Positions 17,786 to 28,537 of a DNA stretch of 35,615 bases are shown here, piece by piece. Both the position numbers and the translations under genes were made by a program. The notes under the pieces are model-generated. The model worked only from the letters and a program-made list of their open reading frames with translations. It did no database searches and was not told the DNA's origin. Source of the DNA: a virus; the IMG/VR virus record IMGVR_UViG_3300017737_000031. The stretch is one strand, 5' to 3'. Position 1 is the stretch's first letter, and every line of letters begins with the position of its first letter.

Positions 17786-19339
17786 ATGGCTGCTATTATA
17801 ACGGATCAGATTAGGATATTAAACGCAAAGAATTTTATTGCTGGAGTGAATAATTCCAGCAACTCTTATTATTCTTTTGTTGGTCTACCTAATCCTACAG
17901 ATTATCAAAGTGATTGGGATAATGATCCTCCTGCACCTAAAGATAATTTCGATCAAGAGAACGATTATTGGGATACAATGATTGCTCTCAAGAAAATCGA
18001 AAGTTCTGATGCAAATCAAGTAGTTCCAAAAAGAACATGGAGTTCTGGTACTGCTTATGACATGTATCGTCATGACTATAGTAGAACTAATACAGCAAAG
18101 ATTTCTGGGTCAACTTCATTATATCTTGCAAATTATTTTGTAATGAATAGTGATTTTAGGGTCTATATTTGCCTACACAATGGAATAGACCCAGACAATC
18201 CTACAGGAAAGGCATCTTTGGATGAACCAACTTTCACTGATTTAGAACCAAGAAGTGCGGGAACTAGTGGAGATGGATATATTTGGAAGTATTTGTATAC
18301 TATTAAACCTAGTCAGGTAGTAAAATTTGAGTCTACCCAATATATGCCCGTTCCGGCAAATTGGGGAACTGCAACTACTAATGCAGCAGTTAGAGATAAC
18401 TCGATTGATGGTAGTATCAAAATTGCAACTATTACCAATCGTGGAGTTGGTTTAGGAACAGCAAATGCAACTTATACAGGAGTTCCTATTAGAGGAGATG
18501 GAACTGGAGCAGAATGTACTATTGTAATCGATGGTAATCAACAAGTAGGGCAAGTAATTGTTTCTAATCAGGGTTCTGGATACACTTATGGAAATATTGA
18601 TTTGGTTGCTGGTGGAGTTCCTACAGGAACCACTAGACCAACCTTTGATGTAATCATTCCTCCACAAGGAGGACATGGTGCAGATATTTACAGAGAATTG
18701 GGAGCATACAATGTTCTTCTCTATTCTAGAATTGAAAATGATAATGAAAATCCAGATTTTATTACCGGAAATCAAATATCTAGAATTGGAGTTGTAGAAA
18801 ATCCAGATCAGTTTGGTTCATCCTCAAAATTGGAATTGAGTAAAGCATCTGCTGTAAGTGCGCTTAAACTAGTAGGAACTGGATACAGCACTGCAACCTT
18901 TACAGCAGATGCATATTTTACCCAAACAGTATCCACAGGATCAACTGCTGTAGGAAGAGTTGTTAGTTACGACCAGACCACTGGGGTTCTTAAATTTTGG
19001 CAGGATAGAAGTGTTGCAGGATTTAATACGGTTGGAACAGCACAAACTCAACCCACATATGGATTTGATTTAACAGAATTTACATCAACTCCCGGAACAG
19101 GTGGAAGTGTTTCTATCACGCCATCTACTGGTTCAAATTTAAATATAGATGAAAACTTTACTGGTATATCTACGGTAATAAATAATCGTACTTACTATCT
19201 TGGTCAGAGTTTTACGAGCGGTGTTGCCAACCCTGAGGTTAAAAAACACTCTGGGAATATTATTTACGTTGACAACAGACCATCTATAACAAGATCGTCA
19301 AACCAAAAAGAAGACATAAAAGTTATTTTGCAGTTCTAA
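17786..19339 (+). CDS. gp8: baseplate wedge subunit gp8
   Basis: AAIITDQIRILNAKNF, YDMYRHDY, FRVYICLHN, EPTFTD, DGYIWKYLYTI and IIYVDNRPSITR are typical of cyanophage gp8. Confidence 0.9.
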   Translation: MAAIITDQIRILNAKNFIAGVNNSSNSYYSFVGLPNPTDYQSDWDNDPPAPKDNFDQENDYWDTMIALKKIESSDANQVVPKRTWSSGTAYDMYRHDYSRTNTAKISGSTSLYLANYFVMNSDFRVYICLHNGIDPDNPTGKASLDEPTFTDLEPRSAGTSGDGYIWKYLYTIKPSQVVKFESTQYMPVPANWGTATTNAAVRDNSIDGSIKIATITNRGVGLGTANATYTGVPIRGDGTGAECTIVIDGNQQVGQVIVSNQGSGYTYGNIDLVAGGVPTGTTRPTFDVIIPPQGGHGADIYRELGAYNVLLYSRIENDNENPDFITGNQISRIGVVENPDQFGSSSKLELSKASAVSALKLVGTGYSTATFTADAYFTQTVSTGSTAVGRVVSYDQTTGVLKFWQDRSVAGFNTVGTAQTQPTYGFDLTEFTSTPGTGGSVSITPSTGSNLNIDENFTGISTVINNRTYYLGQSFTSGVANPEVKKHSGNIIYVDNRPSITRSSNQKEDIKVILQF

Positions 19340-19345
19340 AGAATT

Positions 19346-22300
19346 ATGCCTCAACAAACGAATCTCAACGTAGCGCCATATTTTGACGATTTTGATCCCG
19401 CTAACGATTACCATAAGGTATTATTCAAACCTGGATATCCTGTTCAGGCAAGAGAGTTAACATCTCTTCAGTCTATACTGCAAAATCAAATTGAAAAATT
19501 TGGACAGCACTTTTTTAAAGAAGGTGCTAAAGTAATTCCTGGAAACACTGCATATACTAGATTATATTACGCAATTCAATTAGATAATAATTTTCAAGGG
19601 GTTCCTGTATCTGCGTATGTAGATCAGTTAGTCGGAACAAAAATCACTGGAGTTAGATCTGGTGTAACTGCTGTTGTTGATAGTATTATATTACCTGAAG
19701 ATTCTGAGAATGGAAATATAACCCTTTATATTAATTATTTGGGTTCTAGTACAACAAACAATCAAACCCAAACATTTTTTGATGCAGAAACATTAACTTG
19801 CAATGAAGTTATTATTTCGGGATTGCTTGGTAATACGACTATTCCTGTTGGATCTGCTTTTGCGAGCACTATAGCATCTAATGCTGCTGCAACTGGATCT
19901 GCTTTTTCTGTAGAGAATGGTGTTTACTTTATTAGGGGTAGTTTTGTTAATGTTAATAGAGAAACTTTAGTTCTTGATCAATATAGCAATACTCCAAGTT
20001 ATAGGATTGGTTTTTTCGTTGATGAGGAAATCGTTACTGCAGATTTAGATGAATCTCTTAATGATAATTCTCAAGGATTTAATAACTATGCTGCTCCTGG
20101 CGCAGACAGACTTAGAGTTAGTGTAAGTTTATTCAAAAAACCTTTAGATGACTTTAATGATGATAATTTTATTCTACTTGCAACTGTAATTAATGGAGTT
20201 ATCCAAACTGCCACTTTAAAGACAAATCTGGCAGGTGGATATCATAACAAAGACTGGACTGATATTCTGGCAAGAAGAACTTTCGATGAGTCTGGACATT
20301 ATTATGTAAAACCATTTGATGTTTCTGTTGCAGAGGCACTAAACAATCAAGTTGGAAACAATGGAATATTTAATGCAGGTCAATTTACTCCCGGAGGAGT
20401 AACTCCTACTGATAATCTTGCTCTTTACAAACTCTCCCCTGGAAAAGCATATGTAAAAGGGTATGAAATTGAAACTCTTAATACAACATATATTGACGTA
20501 GATAAACCAAGAACTACAAAAACTTTAGAAAATCAAAATTTCATTTATAATACAGGTGCAACTTTCAAAATTAATAGTGTTTATAGAGCACCTACAGTTG
20601 GAGTTGGTAATACTTTCGTTGTAAGTTTACGAGATCAAAGAGTTGGAGTTAACTCTGAAAGTGCTCCAGGAAAAGAAATTGGTCTTGCAAGAGTATATGA
20701 CTTTAGACTTGAATCTGGATCTTACAGTGTATCTAATGCAAATACAAATCAGTGGGATTTGTCACTGTATGATGTACAGACAACAACTGAAATTGCTTTA
20801 AATCAGTCACACACTCTAACTGTTCCCACTTTTGTAAAAGGAAATTCTAGTGGTGCTACTGGTTTTTTAAGACACCCTGTAAGTGCAGGAACTGCTGTTA
20901 CTGTATATGATAGTAAGGGAACTTTTGTTGCTAATGAAAGACTCTCTTTTAATGGACTTGAAGATGGAAGAATTGCTATTGCAGTTACTGAAAATAAAAT
21001 TTCTAACGTAAAATCTGTATATGGTTCTTCAAACACCTTAGATCTTGCTGATGGAATCACTGGAGTTAATACTTTCAGTGCAAATATACTCCAATCCAAT
21101 AAGTTTACAGTTGGTATTGCTACCATTAGTCCCAAGTCTGGTGGAGTTAGCACGATTACTGCTCCAAATCAACTGTTTCCCGGAACAGTTATCAAAGAAA
21201 ATGATTTAGTTAGGTATACTGATACTACTCCAGGACTAACTGAGGACCCAATTATCGCCAGAGTTACTGGTGTTGGCACTGCAACTGTTAGTATTGAAGG
21301 CGTTGCTACTGTTTCTGGAATTGCAAGTGGATTCTTACCTGCAACGACCTTAAATGTTACGGATCTACAAGTTCTCAACACAGAACTTTCCAAATCTTCT
21401 GATAATACTTTATACACTCTTTTACCAAAACCAAACGTATCAGCAGTAGATATTGCTGAATCTGTTATTACTATTAGAAAAACTATTAGTGTTGACATTG
21501 CATCTGAACAACTCTCTGTTGCGGCTGAAGCGGGAACTAATGAAACTTTCCTTCCTTTTGATGATGAGAGATATGTTCTTATCAGATCCGATGGAAAAAC
21601 TGAACAACTTAGTTCAGATAGATTTGAACTATCGTCAGATGGAAAATCTTTACAGATTAGAAATCTTGGAACTGATAATAGTGGAGCAACCCTGATTGCC
21701 ACTCTAAGAAAGACAAATCCAACGTCTAAAGTAAAAATTAAAGATAGAGTAAAATCTATCATTGTTGATAAATCTAGACTTCAGGGATCTGGAATTGGAA
21801 CCACTACGCTTAATAATGGTCTTACTTACGGAAACTATCCATATGGAACTAGAGTTGAAGACCAATTAATTTCGCTAAATTCTCCAGACATTATCTCAAT
21901 TCAAGGAATCTTTGAATCTGCAGATACAAGTACCGCTTCTGCTCCTAAGGTATCCCTTCTTAACATCATTAGTCCTTCTACAACTACATCCGATATGTTA
22001 ATCGGTGAAAGAATAGTTGGTCAAACTAGTGGTGCTGTAGCAATAGTTGCTGAAATTGTAGATGCATCTACAATTTCTCTTATCTATAAAAATGAATCTG
22101 TGCTCATTGAGGGCGAAACTATTGAATTTGATGAGTCTAATATTAATGCTAGAGTTTCTGTTTTAACCACACCTAGTTTCAATATTTCTTCAAACTACAC
22201 ATTCAGAACTGGTCAAGAAGAAACTCTTTATTCTTATGGATCTATAAAAAGAAAAGTAAAGAGCAGCGCACCAGTAAACCAGTTAAAGGTTTACTTTACC

Positions 22301-25300
22301 TCTGCGTATTTTGATACAACTGATAATGGTGATATTGTAACTGTAGATTCTTATAGAAACTTTGATTATTCTGAAGAAATCAAAACAGTTAATGGATATA
22401 GAACCAGTGATATTATTGATTTAAGACCAAGAGTTTCCGAATATAGTGTTGCCGAAAATGTTAGATCTCCATTAGAGTTTGCAGGGAGAGTTTTTAATGG
22501 GGCAGGACAATCGGTTCAGCATATTTTAGCGTCTGACGAAGCTATTACTGCTGATGTTGATTATTATCAAGGAAGAATTGATAGAGTTTTCCTCTCCAAA
22601 GATGGAAGATTTCAGGTTGTTTATGGAACTCCTTCTGATGATCCGGTAAACCCAAACCCTATTGATGATGCAATTGAAATTTGTACTATAGAATTACCCC
22701 CATATCTCTTTAATGTTAGTGACGCAAAACTAGCATTTAACCAGCATAAGAGATATCGTATGCAGGATATCAAAAGACTTGAAGATAGAATTAGAAGTCT
22801 TGAATATTATACTACTCTTTCTTTATTGGAGAAAGAAACTGCAAACTTATTTGTTTCTGATTCTGAAGGTTTAAACAGATTTAAATCAGGATTCTTCGTA
22901 GACAATTTCTCTGGATTCCAAACTCAAGATGATAGTTTTGATATTAAGAATTCTCTTGATATAAAGTATAACGAACTTAGACCAAAACATTATACCAATT
23001 CGGTTGATATGATTCTTGGTCCTGTTGTTGACAGAGACCCTAATGCAGATTCTAGTGTTGCTGCTATTGAGGGTAACAATGTAAGAAAAGGAGATGATGT
23101 CCTAACTCTTGATTATGCTGAAGTTGAATATATTACTCAAGCATTTGCAACTAGAACTGAAAGTGTTACTCCATTCCTTATTAGTTTCTGGAATGGAACC
23201 ATGGAGTTAACTCCATCAACTGATAGTTGGGTGGATACAACTCGTTTAGAAGCAAAAACTATCGTGCAAGAAGGTGACTATAATGAAACTTTTGATGCAC
23301 TTGTAGCAAACGGGGAAGTTGACCCTCAAACTGGGTTTGGTCCAATTCTTTGGGATTCTTGGGAAACTAACTGGGGTGGCATTACAGATGAAACTACCAC
23401 CAGGAGAAGAGTTCTTAATAATGGACCAGACACCATTCATCGTCAAGGACCTGGTGGTAGAGCAAGACGAAGCACAAACACCAGAACCGTTACTGATCAG
23501 GTTATAGAAGAAACTATTGTAAGTAGAGTTCAAAGTGGTGTTCAATCTAGAAATGGTTCTAGAACTATTGTTACTGAACAATTTGATACCAATTCTCTAG
23601 GAGACAGAACTATCAGTAGAGATTTGATTGCAAATATGAGATCTAGAAACATTGAATTTGTTTCTAAAAAAATGAAACCCCTTACAAGATTGTATGCATT
23701 CTTTGATGGGGTAGATGTTACTAAGTATTGTGTACCCAAACTACTTGAAATTTCCATGAATAGTGGAACATTCCAAGTTGGAGAAACTGTAACTGGATCA
23801 ATCGTAAGAACAGGTCTTTCTGAAGAATCTAATGAGACTTCTCCTAGAATTACCTTTAGAGTTGCTCAGTCAAATCATAGAGAGGGCGCTTACGATAGCC
23901 CAACAAAAACTTTCCGCGAAAATCCTTATACTAATCGTCCACTTGCAAATTCATATTCATCAACATCAACAATTTTAAATGTTGACACTCTTTCTCTTTC
24001 GGAACAACCCCAAGGTAGTTATTTTGGGCATGTTCAGACAGGAATGACGTTTGTTGGAGAAACAAGTGGAGCACAAGCCACCTTAGATGATGTAAGACTC
24101 ATTGCTGATTTGTCATCTACTATTATTGGTAGCCTTTTCATTGCTGATCCAAATAATGTCAACTTCCCTAAATTTGAAACAGGAACAAAAACATTTACTC
24201 TAGTAAATGATATTGATAACAATCAGGATTTAGCATCTACTATTGCAGAAGAAGCATTTACTTCTACTGGTACTTTAGAAACTGTTCAAGAAAATATCCT
24301 TTCTATTAGAAACGCAAGGATAGAACAAAGAAGAGAATTCCAAGATAGAAACGTGGAGCAAACTCTTGGTACACAAGTAGTTAACTCTAATGTAGTCAGT
24401 ACGCAACAAAGAACTCAAACAATCATTACTTGGTATGACCCACTTGCACAATCTTTCTTAGTTGAAGACGAAACTGGTTGCTTCTTAACCAGTTGTGATG
24501 TGTTCTTCAGAACAGTTGATGATTTGGATGTCCCAGTTGTTTTCCAACTGAGATCTATGGACAATGGTCTCCCAACCACTAAAATTCTTCCTGGTTCTGA
24601 GATTGTTTTAGACCCATCTGATATTGAAACTTCTTCTGACGGATCTATTGCTACAAACGTTCAATTTAAATCACCTGTTTATGTTGAAGGTGGTAAAGAA
24701 TATGCGATATGTTTAGCATCCAACTCTACTAAGTATACTGTATATATTTCTAGAATTGGTGAAAATGATTTATTAACTGACACGTTTATCTCCAACCAAC
24801 CATATCTTGGTTCACTATTCAAATCTCAAAACAATACCACTTGGGAACCAAGTCAGTGGGAAGATCTTAAATTTACTTTGTATAGAGCAGATTTCATAGA
24901 AAGTGGAAGTGTTGAGTTCTACAGTCCAGAACTCACGCAAGGAAATGCTCAGATTGCTAAGTTACTTCCCGATCCTATTTCAATCTCATCTAAAAAAATC
25001 AGAGTTGGTCTGGGAACAACTGTTGGAGACTCTGGATATCAAATTGGAAATACATTCTTCCAAGATGGAACCAACGCTACAGGAGACCTTGTAGGCACTG
25101 CTGGATCCGTGACAGGGACTCTTAGCGTATCTAACCCTGGTATAGGTTATACGCCTGCTGATGGTTCTCATACGTTCGCTGGGGTCAACCTCATCACACT
25201 GACGGGTAGTGGTAGAGGTGCAACTGCAGAAATTAGTGTCCTTAATGGTGGTATCGTTGCTTCTGGAGCAACCATTACTGCGGGAGGTTCTGGTTATGTA

Positions 25301-26890
25301 GTTGGAGATGTCCTTGGAATTTCTACTATCGGCATTGCTACTATCGGTAGAGACGCCAAACTCACTATAACTGGAATAGGAGTTACAAACGAACTTATTC
25401 TTGATAATGTTCAAGGTAATTTTGTTGTTGGTGGTGGTAAGTCAATGAACTACTTCGATAGTGTTGGAGTTGCCAAGACATTAAATAACGATCTTCCAGG
25501 TGCTCCAGGAGGAGATGTTCAAATTGCATCTATTGTTACTATTAACGATGGTCTGCACATGAATATTAGTCATCAAAACCATGGAATGTATTTCACTGAA
25601 AATGATGTTAGACTTTCTGGAGTAAAACCTGACATCAAACCAACAACACTCTCTGTAGCGTATCCATCAGACTCTACATCAGGTCTCACGGTTGGACTTG
25701 GTGCAACATTTGCTACATTTGAAAATGTTGGAGTTGGAACAACTAACTCAGGTCTACTTCTTATTGGTGATGAAATAATCACATACACTAATGTAACTGG
25801 AAATACTATTGGTGGAAATATTGTAAGAGGTCGTAATCCAAAATCGTATCCAGCAGGAACTCCTGTATTTAAATATGAATTGTCTGGTGTAAGTCTTGAC
25901 AGAATTAACAAGACGCATTCTCTAGCAGATGTAACGGAATCTGATCCATTCACATTCGATTCTTATAAAATTAAACTCGACGTGAGTGGGAACACTGGAA
26001 CTGCTAGAAATACTGATGTTGGATTCCCTCAGTTATTCCTCAATCGCTCTAAATCCACAGGTGGTACAAAGGTTAGAGCAACTCAGAATATGCCATTTGA
26101 ACTGATTACTCCTAATGTACATAATATGACAGTCCCTGGAACAACTATTAATGCTGAACTAAGGACTACTACATCTACGAGTTTCAGTGGAACAGAAGTT
26201 CCTTTCTTAAATGCAGGATTTAGTGATATCATTATCAATCAGAAGAATTATTTTGATTCTCCAAGAATGATTGCATCTAAAATTAATGAAGATGCAAACT
26301 TAACTACAGTTCCTGGGTCTAAATCAATGAACATGAGGATGTTCTTGAACACTGTTGATACAAGACTTACCCCTGTCATTGATACTCAGAGAGTAAGTGC
26401 TGTACTTACATCAAACAGAGTAAATAATGTTGTTACAAACTATGCAACTGATTCTAGAGTAGATAGTATTGAAGAAGATCCCACAGCATGTCAATATATT
26501 TCTAAAGAAATTGTATTAGAAAATTCAGCATCTTCTATCAAGATTATACTTTCTGCTCATATCAATATTGATGCGGACATCAGAGCATTCTACTCTGTAG
26601 CAAACGAACCTGGATTTGAACCAACCTTCTCACCATTCCCAGGTTATTCTAACCTTAATACTAGAGGTCAGGTAATTGCTCCGCAAAATAATAACGGTCA
26701 ACCAGATGTATTCATAGTTAAGTCCAATACTCTGGCTCATGATTCTGCTCTCGTAGATTATAGAGAATATACATTCTCTATCGATAATTTACCTTCGTTT
26801 AAAACTTACAGAGTAAAACTAAATCTAACATCCAATAATCAGTGTTATGTTCCTAGAATTAAGGACTTGAGGGTAATAGCTTTAGCATAA
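19346..26890 (+). CDS. VrlC-like / DUF4815 large virion structural protein, 2514 aa
   Basis: PQQTNLNVAPYFDDF, VLFKPGYPVQARELT, PGADRL, RFKSGFFVDNF and DPLAQSF motifs; sits after gp8 as in cyanomyoviruses. Confidence 0.85.
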   Translation: MPQQTNLNVAPYFDDFDPANDYHKVLFKPGYPVQARELTSLQSILQNQIEKFGQHFFKEGAKVIPGNTAYTRLYYAIQLDNNFQGVPVSAYVDQLVGTKITGVRSGVTAVVDSIILPEDSENGNITLYINYLGSSTTNNQTQTFFDAETLTCNEVIISGLLGNTTIPVGSAFASTIASNAAATGSAFSVENGVYFIRGSFVNVNRETLVLDQYSNTPSYRIGFFVDEEIVTADLDESLNDNSQGFNNYAAPGADRLRVSVSLFKKPLDDFNDDNFILLATVINGVIQTATLKTNLAGGYHNKDWTDILARRTFDESGHYYVKPFDVSVAEALNNQVGNNGIFNAGQFTPGGVTPTDNLALYKLSPGKAYVKGYEIETLNTTYIDVDKPRTTKTLENQNFIYNTGATFKINSVYRAPTVGVGNTFVVSLRDQRVGVNSESAPGKEIGLARVYDFRLESGSYSVSNANTNQWDLSLYDVQTTTEIALNQSHTLTVPTFVKGNSSGATGFLRHPVSAGTAVTVYDSKGTFVANERLSFNGLEDGRIAIAVTENKISNVKSVYGSSNTLDLADGITGVNTFSANILQSNKFTVGIATISPKSGGVSTITAPNQLFPGTVIKENDLVRYTDTTPGLTEDPIIARVTGVGTATVSIEGVATVSGIASGFLPATTLNVTDLQVLNTELSKSSDNTLYTLLPKPNVSAVDIAESVITIRKTISVDIASEQLSVAAEAGTNETFLPFDDERYVLIRSDGKTEQLSSDRFELSSDGKSLQIRNLGTDNSGATLIATLRKTNPTSKVKIKDRVKSIIVDKSRLQGSGIGTTTLNNGLTYGNYPYGTRVEDQLISLNSPDIISIQGIFESADTSTASAPKVSLLNIISPSTTTSDMLIGERIVGQTSGAVAIVAEIVDASTISLIYKNESVLIEGETIEFDESNINARVSVLTTPSFNISSNYTFRTGQEETLYSYGSIKRKVKSSAPVNQLKVYFTSAYFDTTDNGDIVTVDSYRNFDYSEEIKTVNGYRTSDIIDLRPRVSEYSVAENVRSPLEFAGRVFNGAGQSVQHILASDEAITADVDYYQGRIDRVFLSKDGRFQVVYGTPSDDPVNPNPIDDAIEICTIELPPYLFNVSDAKLAFNQHKRYRMQDIKRLEDRIRSLEYYTTLSLLEKETANLFVSDSEGLNRFKSGFFVDNFSGFQTQDDSFDIKNSLDIKYNELRPKHYTNSVDMILGPVVDRDPNADSSVAAIEGNNVRKGDDVLTLDYAEVEYITQAFATRTESVTPFLISFWNGTMELTPSTDSWVDTTRLEAKTIVQEGDYNETFDALVANGEVDPQTGFGPILWDSWETNWGGITDETTTRRRVLNNGPDTIHRQGPGGRARRSTNTRTVTDQVIEETIVSRVQSGVQSRNGSRTIVTEQFDTNSLGDRTISRDLIANMRSRNIEFVSKKMKPLTRLYAFFDGVDVTKYCVPKLLEISMNSGTFQVGETVTGSIVRTGLSEESNETSPRITFRVAQSNHREGAYDSPTKTFRENPYTNRPLANSYSSTSTILNVDTLSLSEQPQGSYFGHVQTGMTFVGETSGAQATLDDVRLIADLSSTIIGSLFIADPNNVNFPKFETGTKTFTLVNDIDNNQDLASTIAEEAFTSTGTLETVQENILSIRNARIEQRREFQDRNVEQTLGTQVVNSNVVSTQQRTQTIITWYDPLAQSFLVEDETGCFLTSCDVFFRTVDDLDVPVVFQLRSMDNGLPTTKILPGSEIVLDPSDIETSSDGSIATNVQFKSPVYVEGGKEYAICLASNSTKYTVYISRIGENDLLTDTFISNQPYLGSLFKSQNNTTWEPSQWEDLKFTLYRADFIESGSVEFYSPELTQGNAQIAKLLPDPISISSKKIRVGLGTTVGDSGYQIGNTFFQDGTNATGDLVGTAGSVTGTLSVSNPGIGYTPADGSHTFAGVNLITLTGSGRGATAEISVLNGGIVASGATITAGGSGYVVGDVLGISTIGIATIGRDAKLTITGIGVTNELILDNVQGNFVVGGGKSMNYFDSVGVAKTLNNDLPGAPGGDVQIASIVTINDGLHMNISHQNHGMYFTENDVRLSGVKPDIKPTTLSVAYPSDSTSGLTVGLGATFATFENVGVGTTNSGLLLIGDEIITYTNVTGNTIGGNIVRGRNPKSYPAGTPVFKYELSGVSLDRINKTHSLADVTESDPFTFDSYKIKLDVSGNTGTARNTDVGFPQLFLNRSKSTGGTKVRATQNMPFELITPNVHNMTVPGTTINAELRTTTSTSFSGTEVPFLNAGFSDIIINQKNYFDSPRMIASKINEDANLTTVPGSKSMNMRMFLNTVDTRLTPVIDTQRVSAVLTSNRVNNVVTNYATDSRVDSIEEDPTACQYISKEIVLENSASSIKIILSAHINIDADIRAFYSVANEPGFEPTFSPFPGYSNLNTRGQVIAPQNNNGQPDVFIVKSNTLAHDSALVDYREYTFSIDNLPSFKTYRVKLNLTSNNQCYVPRIKDLRVIALA

Positions 26891-26891
26891 T

Positions 26892-27125
26892 ATGGATTTC
26901 TACGAACTGGACGGAAATAAGGATCTCGCAAGAGATCCTGAAACCAATGCAATTATTAATGTAAATGGTTTAGATTATTCTCAGTATCTTTCCACTAAAA
27001 GTGTTAAGAATGAAAAGAATCAAAAAGTACATACAATGGAGCAAGACCTTGCTAATGTAAAAGGTGAACTTGACGAGATTAAATCTTTACTAAAGGAGTT
27101 ACTAAATGGATCCCGATCAAATTGA
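26892..27125 (+). CDS. conserved hypothetical protein with C-terminal coiled coil (77 aa)
   Basis: LARDPETNAIIN motif and heptad-like C-terminus (LANVKGELDEIKSLLKELL); starts 1 nt after the upstream stop. Confidence 0.8.
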   Translation: MDFYELDGNKDLARDPETNAIINVNGLDYSQYLSTKSVKNEKNQKVHTMEQDLANVKGELDEIKSLLKELLNGSRSN

Positions 27126-27288
27126 ATTGAAAAATTTATCTAAAAGTTTTGCATATCAACAGATTGCAACTGATATAGATAATTGTAATGATCGCGATAT
27201 GTTAAAAAATATTGCAAAGTCTTTTGCAAAACTTTATTATAAACAGCAAGAAACAATGTCAGTAATAGGACTTCCAGATGCCATCTAA
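27106..27288 (+). CDS. hypothetical protein (60 aa)
   Basis: Overlaps both neighbours (20 and 11 nt) in a tight operon; helical composition. Confidence 0.7.
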   Translation: MDPDQIELKNLSKSFAYQQIATDIDNCNDRDMLKNIAKSFAKLYYKQQETMSVIGLPDAI

Positions 27289-27664
27289 AAATATTACTTT
27301 TGACCCCGACTCTGGTGTCCCATATGGAGTAAATCTGACTATTCAAGGTGGTTCAGATTTTAATGCAAATCTAAACGTCTATACAACGTCAAACTCGGCA
27401 TTTGATCTCACTGGATATACTGGATCAGCAGCAATGTCTAAAAGCGTTGCCGTTGGAGCAACACTTGGGATTACAACATCCTTCACTGTTGGTTTCACTA
27501 GTGCATATGATGGTAAAATAAAACTTTCACTTGGTTCAACATCGACTAGAAGTTTAAACGAAGGTAGATATGTATATGATGTAATTGTTGCTGCAGGAGG
27601 AACTTACTATTCTCTTGCTAATGGCAATATATATGTTTATAACCCAGTATCAGCAGCACCCTAA
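27278..27664 (+). CDS. putative small virion protein, beta-sandwich (possibly BppU-N-like)
   Basis: NLTIQGGSDF, FDLTGYT, GKIKLSL and GRYVYDV pattern seen in T4-like phage structural ORFs; fold assignment is inference. Confidence 0.65.
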   Translation: MPSKNITFDPDSGVPYGVNLTIQGGSDFNANLNVYTTSNSAFDLTGYTGSAAMSKSVAVGATLGITTSFTVGFTSAYDGKIKLSLGSTSTRSLNEGRYVYDVIVAAGGTYYSLANGNIYVYNPVSAAP

Positions 27665-27667
27665 ATA
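27661..27667 (+). promoter_or_regulatory. late promoter variant CTAAATA
   Basis: Contains the stop TAA 27662-27664; 23 nt upstream of gp13. Confidence 0.55.
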
Positions 27668-27690
27668 CACTTAGGAAACTTGTGGAATAA

Positions 27691-28533
27691 ATGGCGCAAC
27701 CAGCAAGTAGAGCAGATTTAATTAACTATTGCAAGAGACAACTGGGAGCACCAGTACTAGAAATCAATGTTGCCGATGAGCAAATAGATGATCTAGTTGA
27801 TGATGCCCTTCAGTTATTTCATGAGAGACACTTTGATGGTGTAGTTCAAACATACTTAAAATATAAAATAACACAGGAAGATATAGATAGAGGCAGAGCA
27901 AGGGGGGGTAGTAGTACTGCAGGAATTGTAACTACAACCGCAAGTTCTGATATTGATGGAGCTAGTGTAACATTTTCATATGAAGAAAATAGTAATTACA
28001 TTCAAGTTCCGCCAGCAGTAATTGGCATTAATAAAGTTTTTAGATTTGATAATAGTACAATATCTGGAGGAATGTTTAGTCTAAAGTATCAGTTATTTTT
28101 AAATGACTTATATTTTTTCAATTCATTAGAAATGTTGTCATATGCAATGACAAAAACATATCTTTCGGATATTGATTTTCTATTAAATACAGAGAAACAA
28201 ATACGATTTAATCAGAGACAAGATAGATTGTATTTGGATATTGATTGGGGTAATGTACAAAAAGACGAATATATTATACTTGATTGTTGGAGACTTTTAG
28301 ATCCAAATGATTTTGCAAGAGTTTATAATGATTCATTTTTAAAAAGATATCTTACTGCTTTAATAAAAAGACAGTGGGGTCAAAACTTAATTAAGTTCCA
28401 AGGAGTAAAACTTCCAGGTGGAATTGAACTGAATGGCAGACAGATTTATGATGATGCAGAAAGAGAGTTAGATAAGATAAAGGAGCAGATGTCCAATACT
28501 TATGAATTGCCACCTTTAGATATGATAGGATAA
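27691..28533 (+). CDS. gp13: neck protein gp13
   Basis: LINYCKRQLGAPVLEINVADEQIDD, QWGQNLIKFQGVKLPGGIELNG and PPLDMIG motifs. Confidence 0.95.
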   Translation: MAQPASRADLINYCKRQLGAPVLEINVADEQIDDLVDDALQLFHERHFDGVVQTYLKYKITQEDIDRGRARGGSSTAGIVTTTASSDIDGASVTFSYEENSNYIQVPPAVIGINKVFRFDNSTISGGMFSLKYQLFLNDLYFFNSLEMLSYAMTKTYLSDIDFLLNTEKQIRFNQRQDRLYLDIDWGNVQKDEYIILDCWRLLDPNDFARVYNDSFLKRYLTALIKRQWGQNLIKFQGVKLPGGIELNGRQIYDDAERELDKIKEQMSNTYELPPLDMIG

Positions 28534-28537
28534 GATT

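Noticed and set aside
19177-19184. Internal AATAAATA in gp8 (also 34353-34360) as late promoters
   Set aside because: Such a motif is expected several times by chance in 35 kb of AT-rich DNA; these are intragenic and not at gene boundaries. Possible but unsupported.
5141-26890. Inteins, introns, frameshifts or diversity-generating retroelement in the giant ORFs
   Set aside because: No intein splice or LAGLIDADG/HNH motifs recognised, frames are uninterrupted, and I saw no reverse transcriptase or template/variable repeat pair. A dot plot and HMM scan would be needed to exclude them fully.
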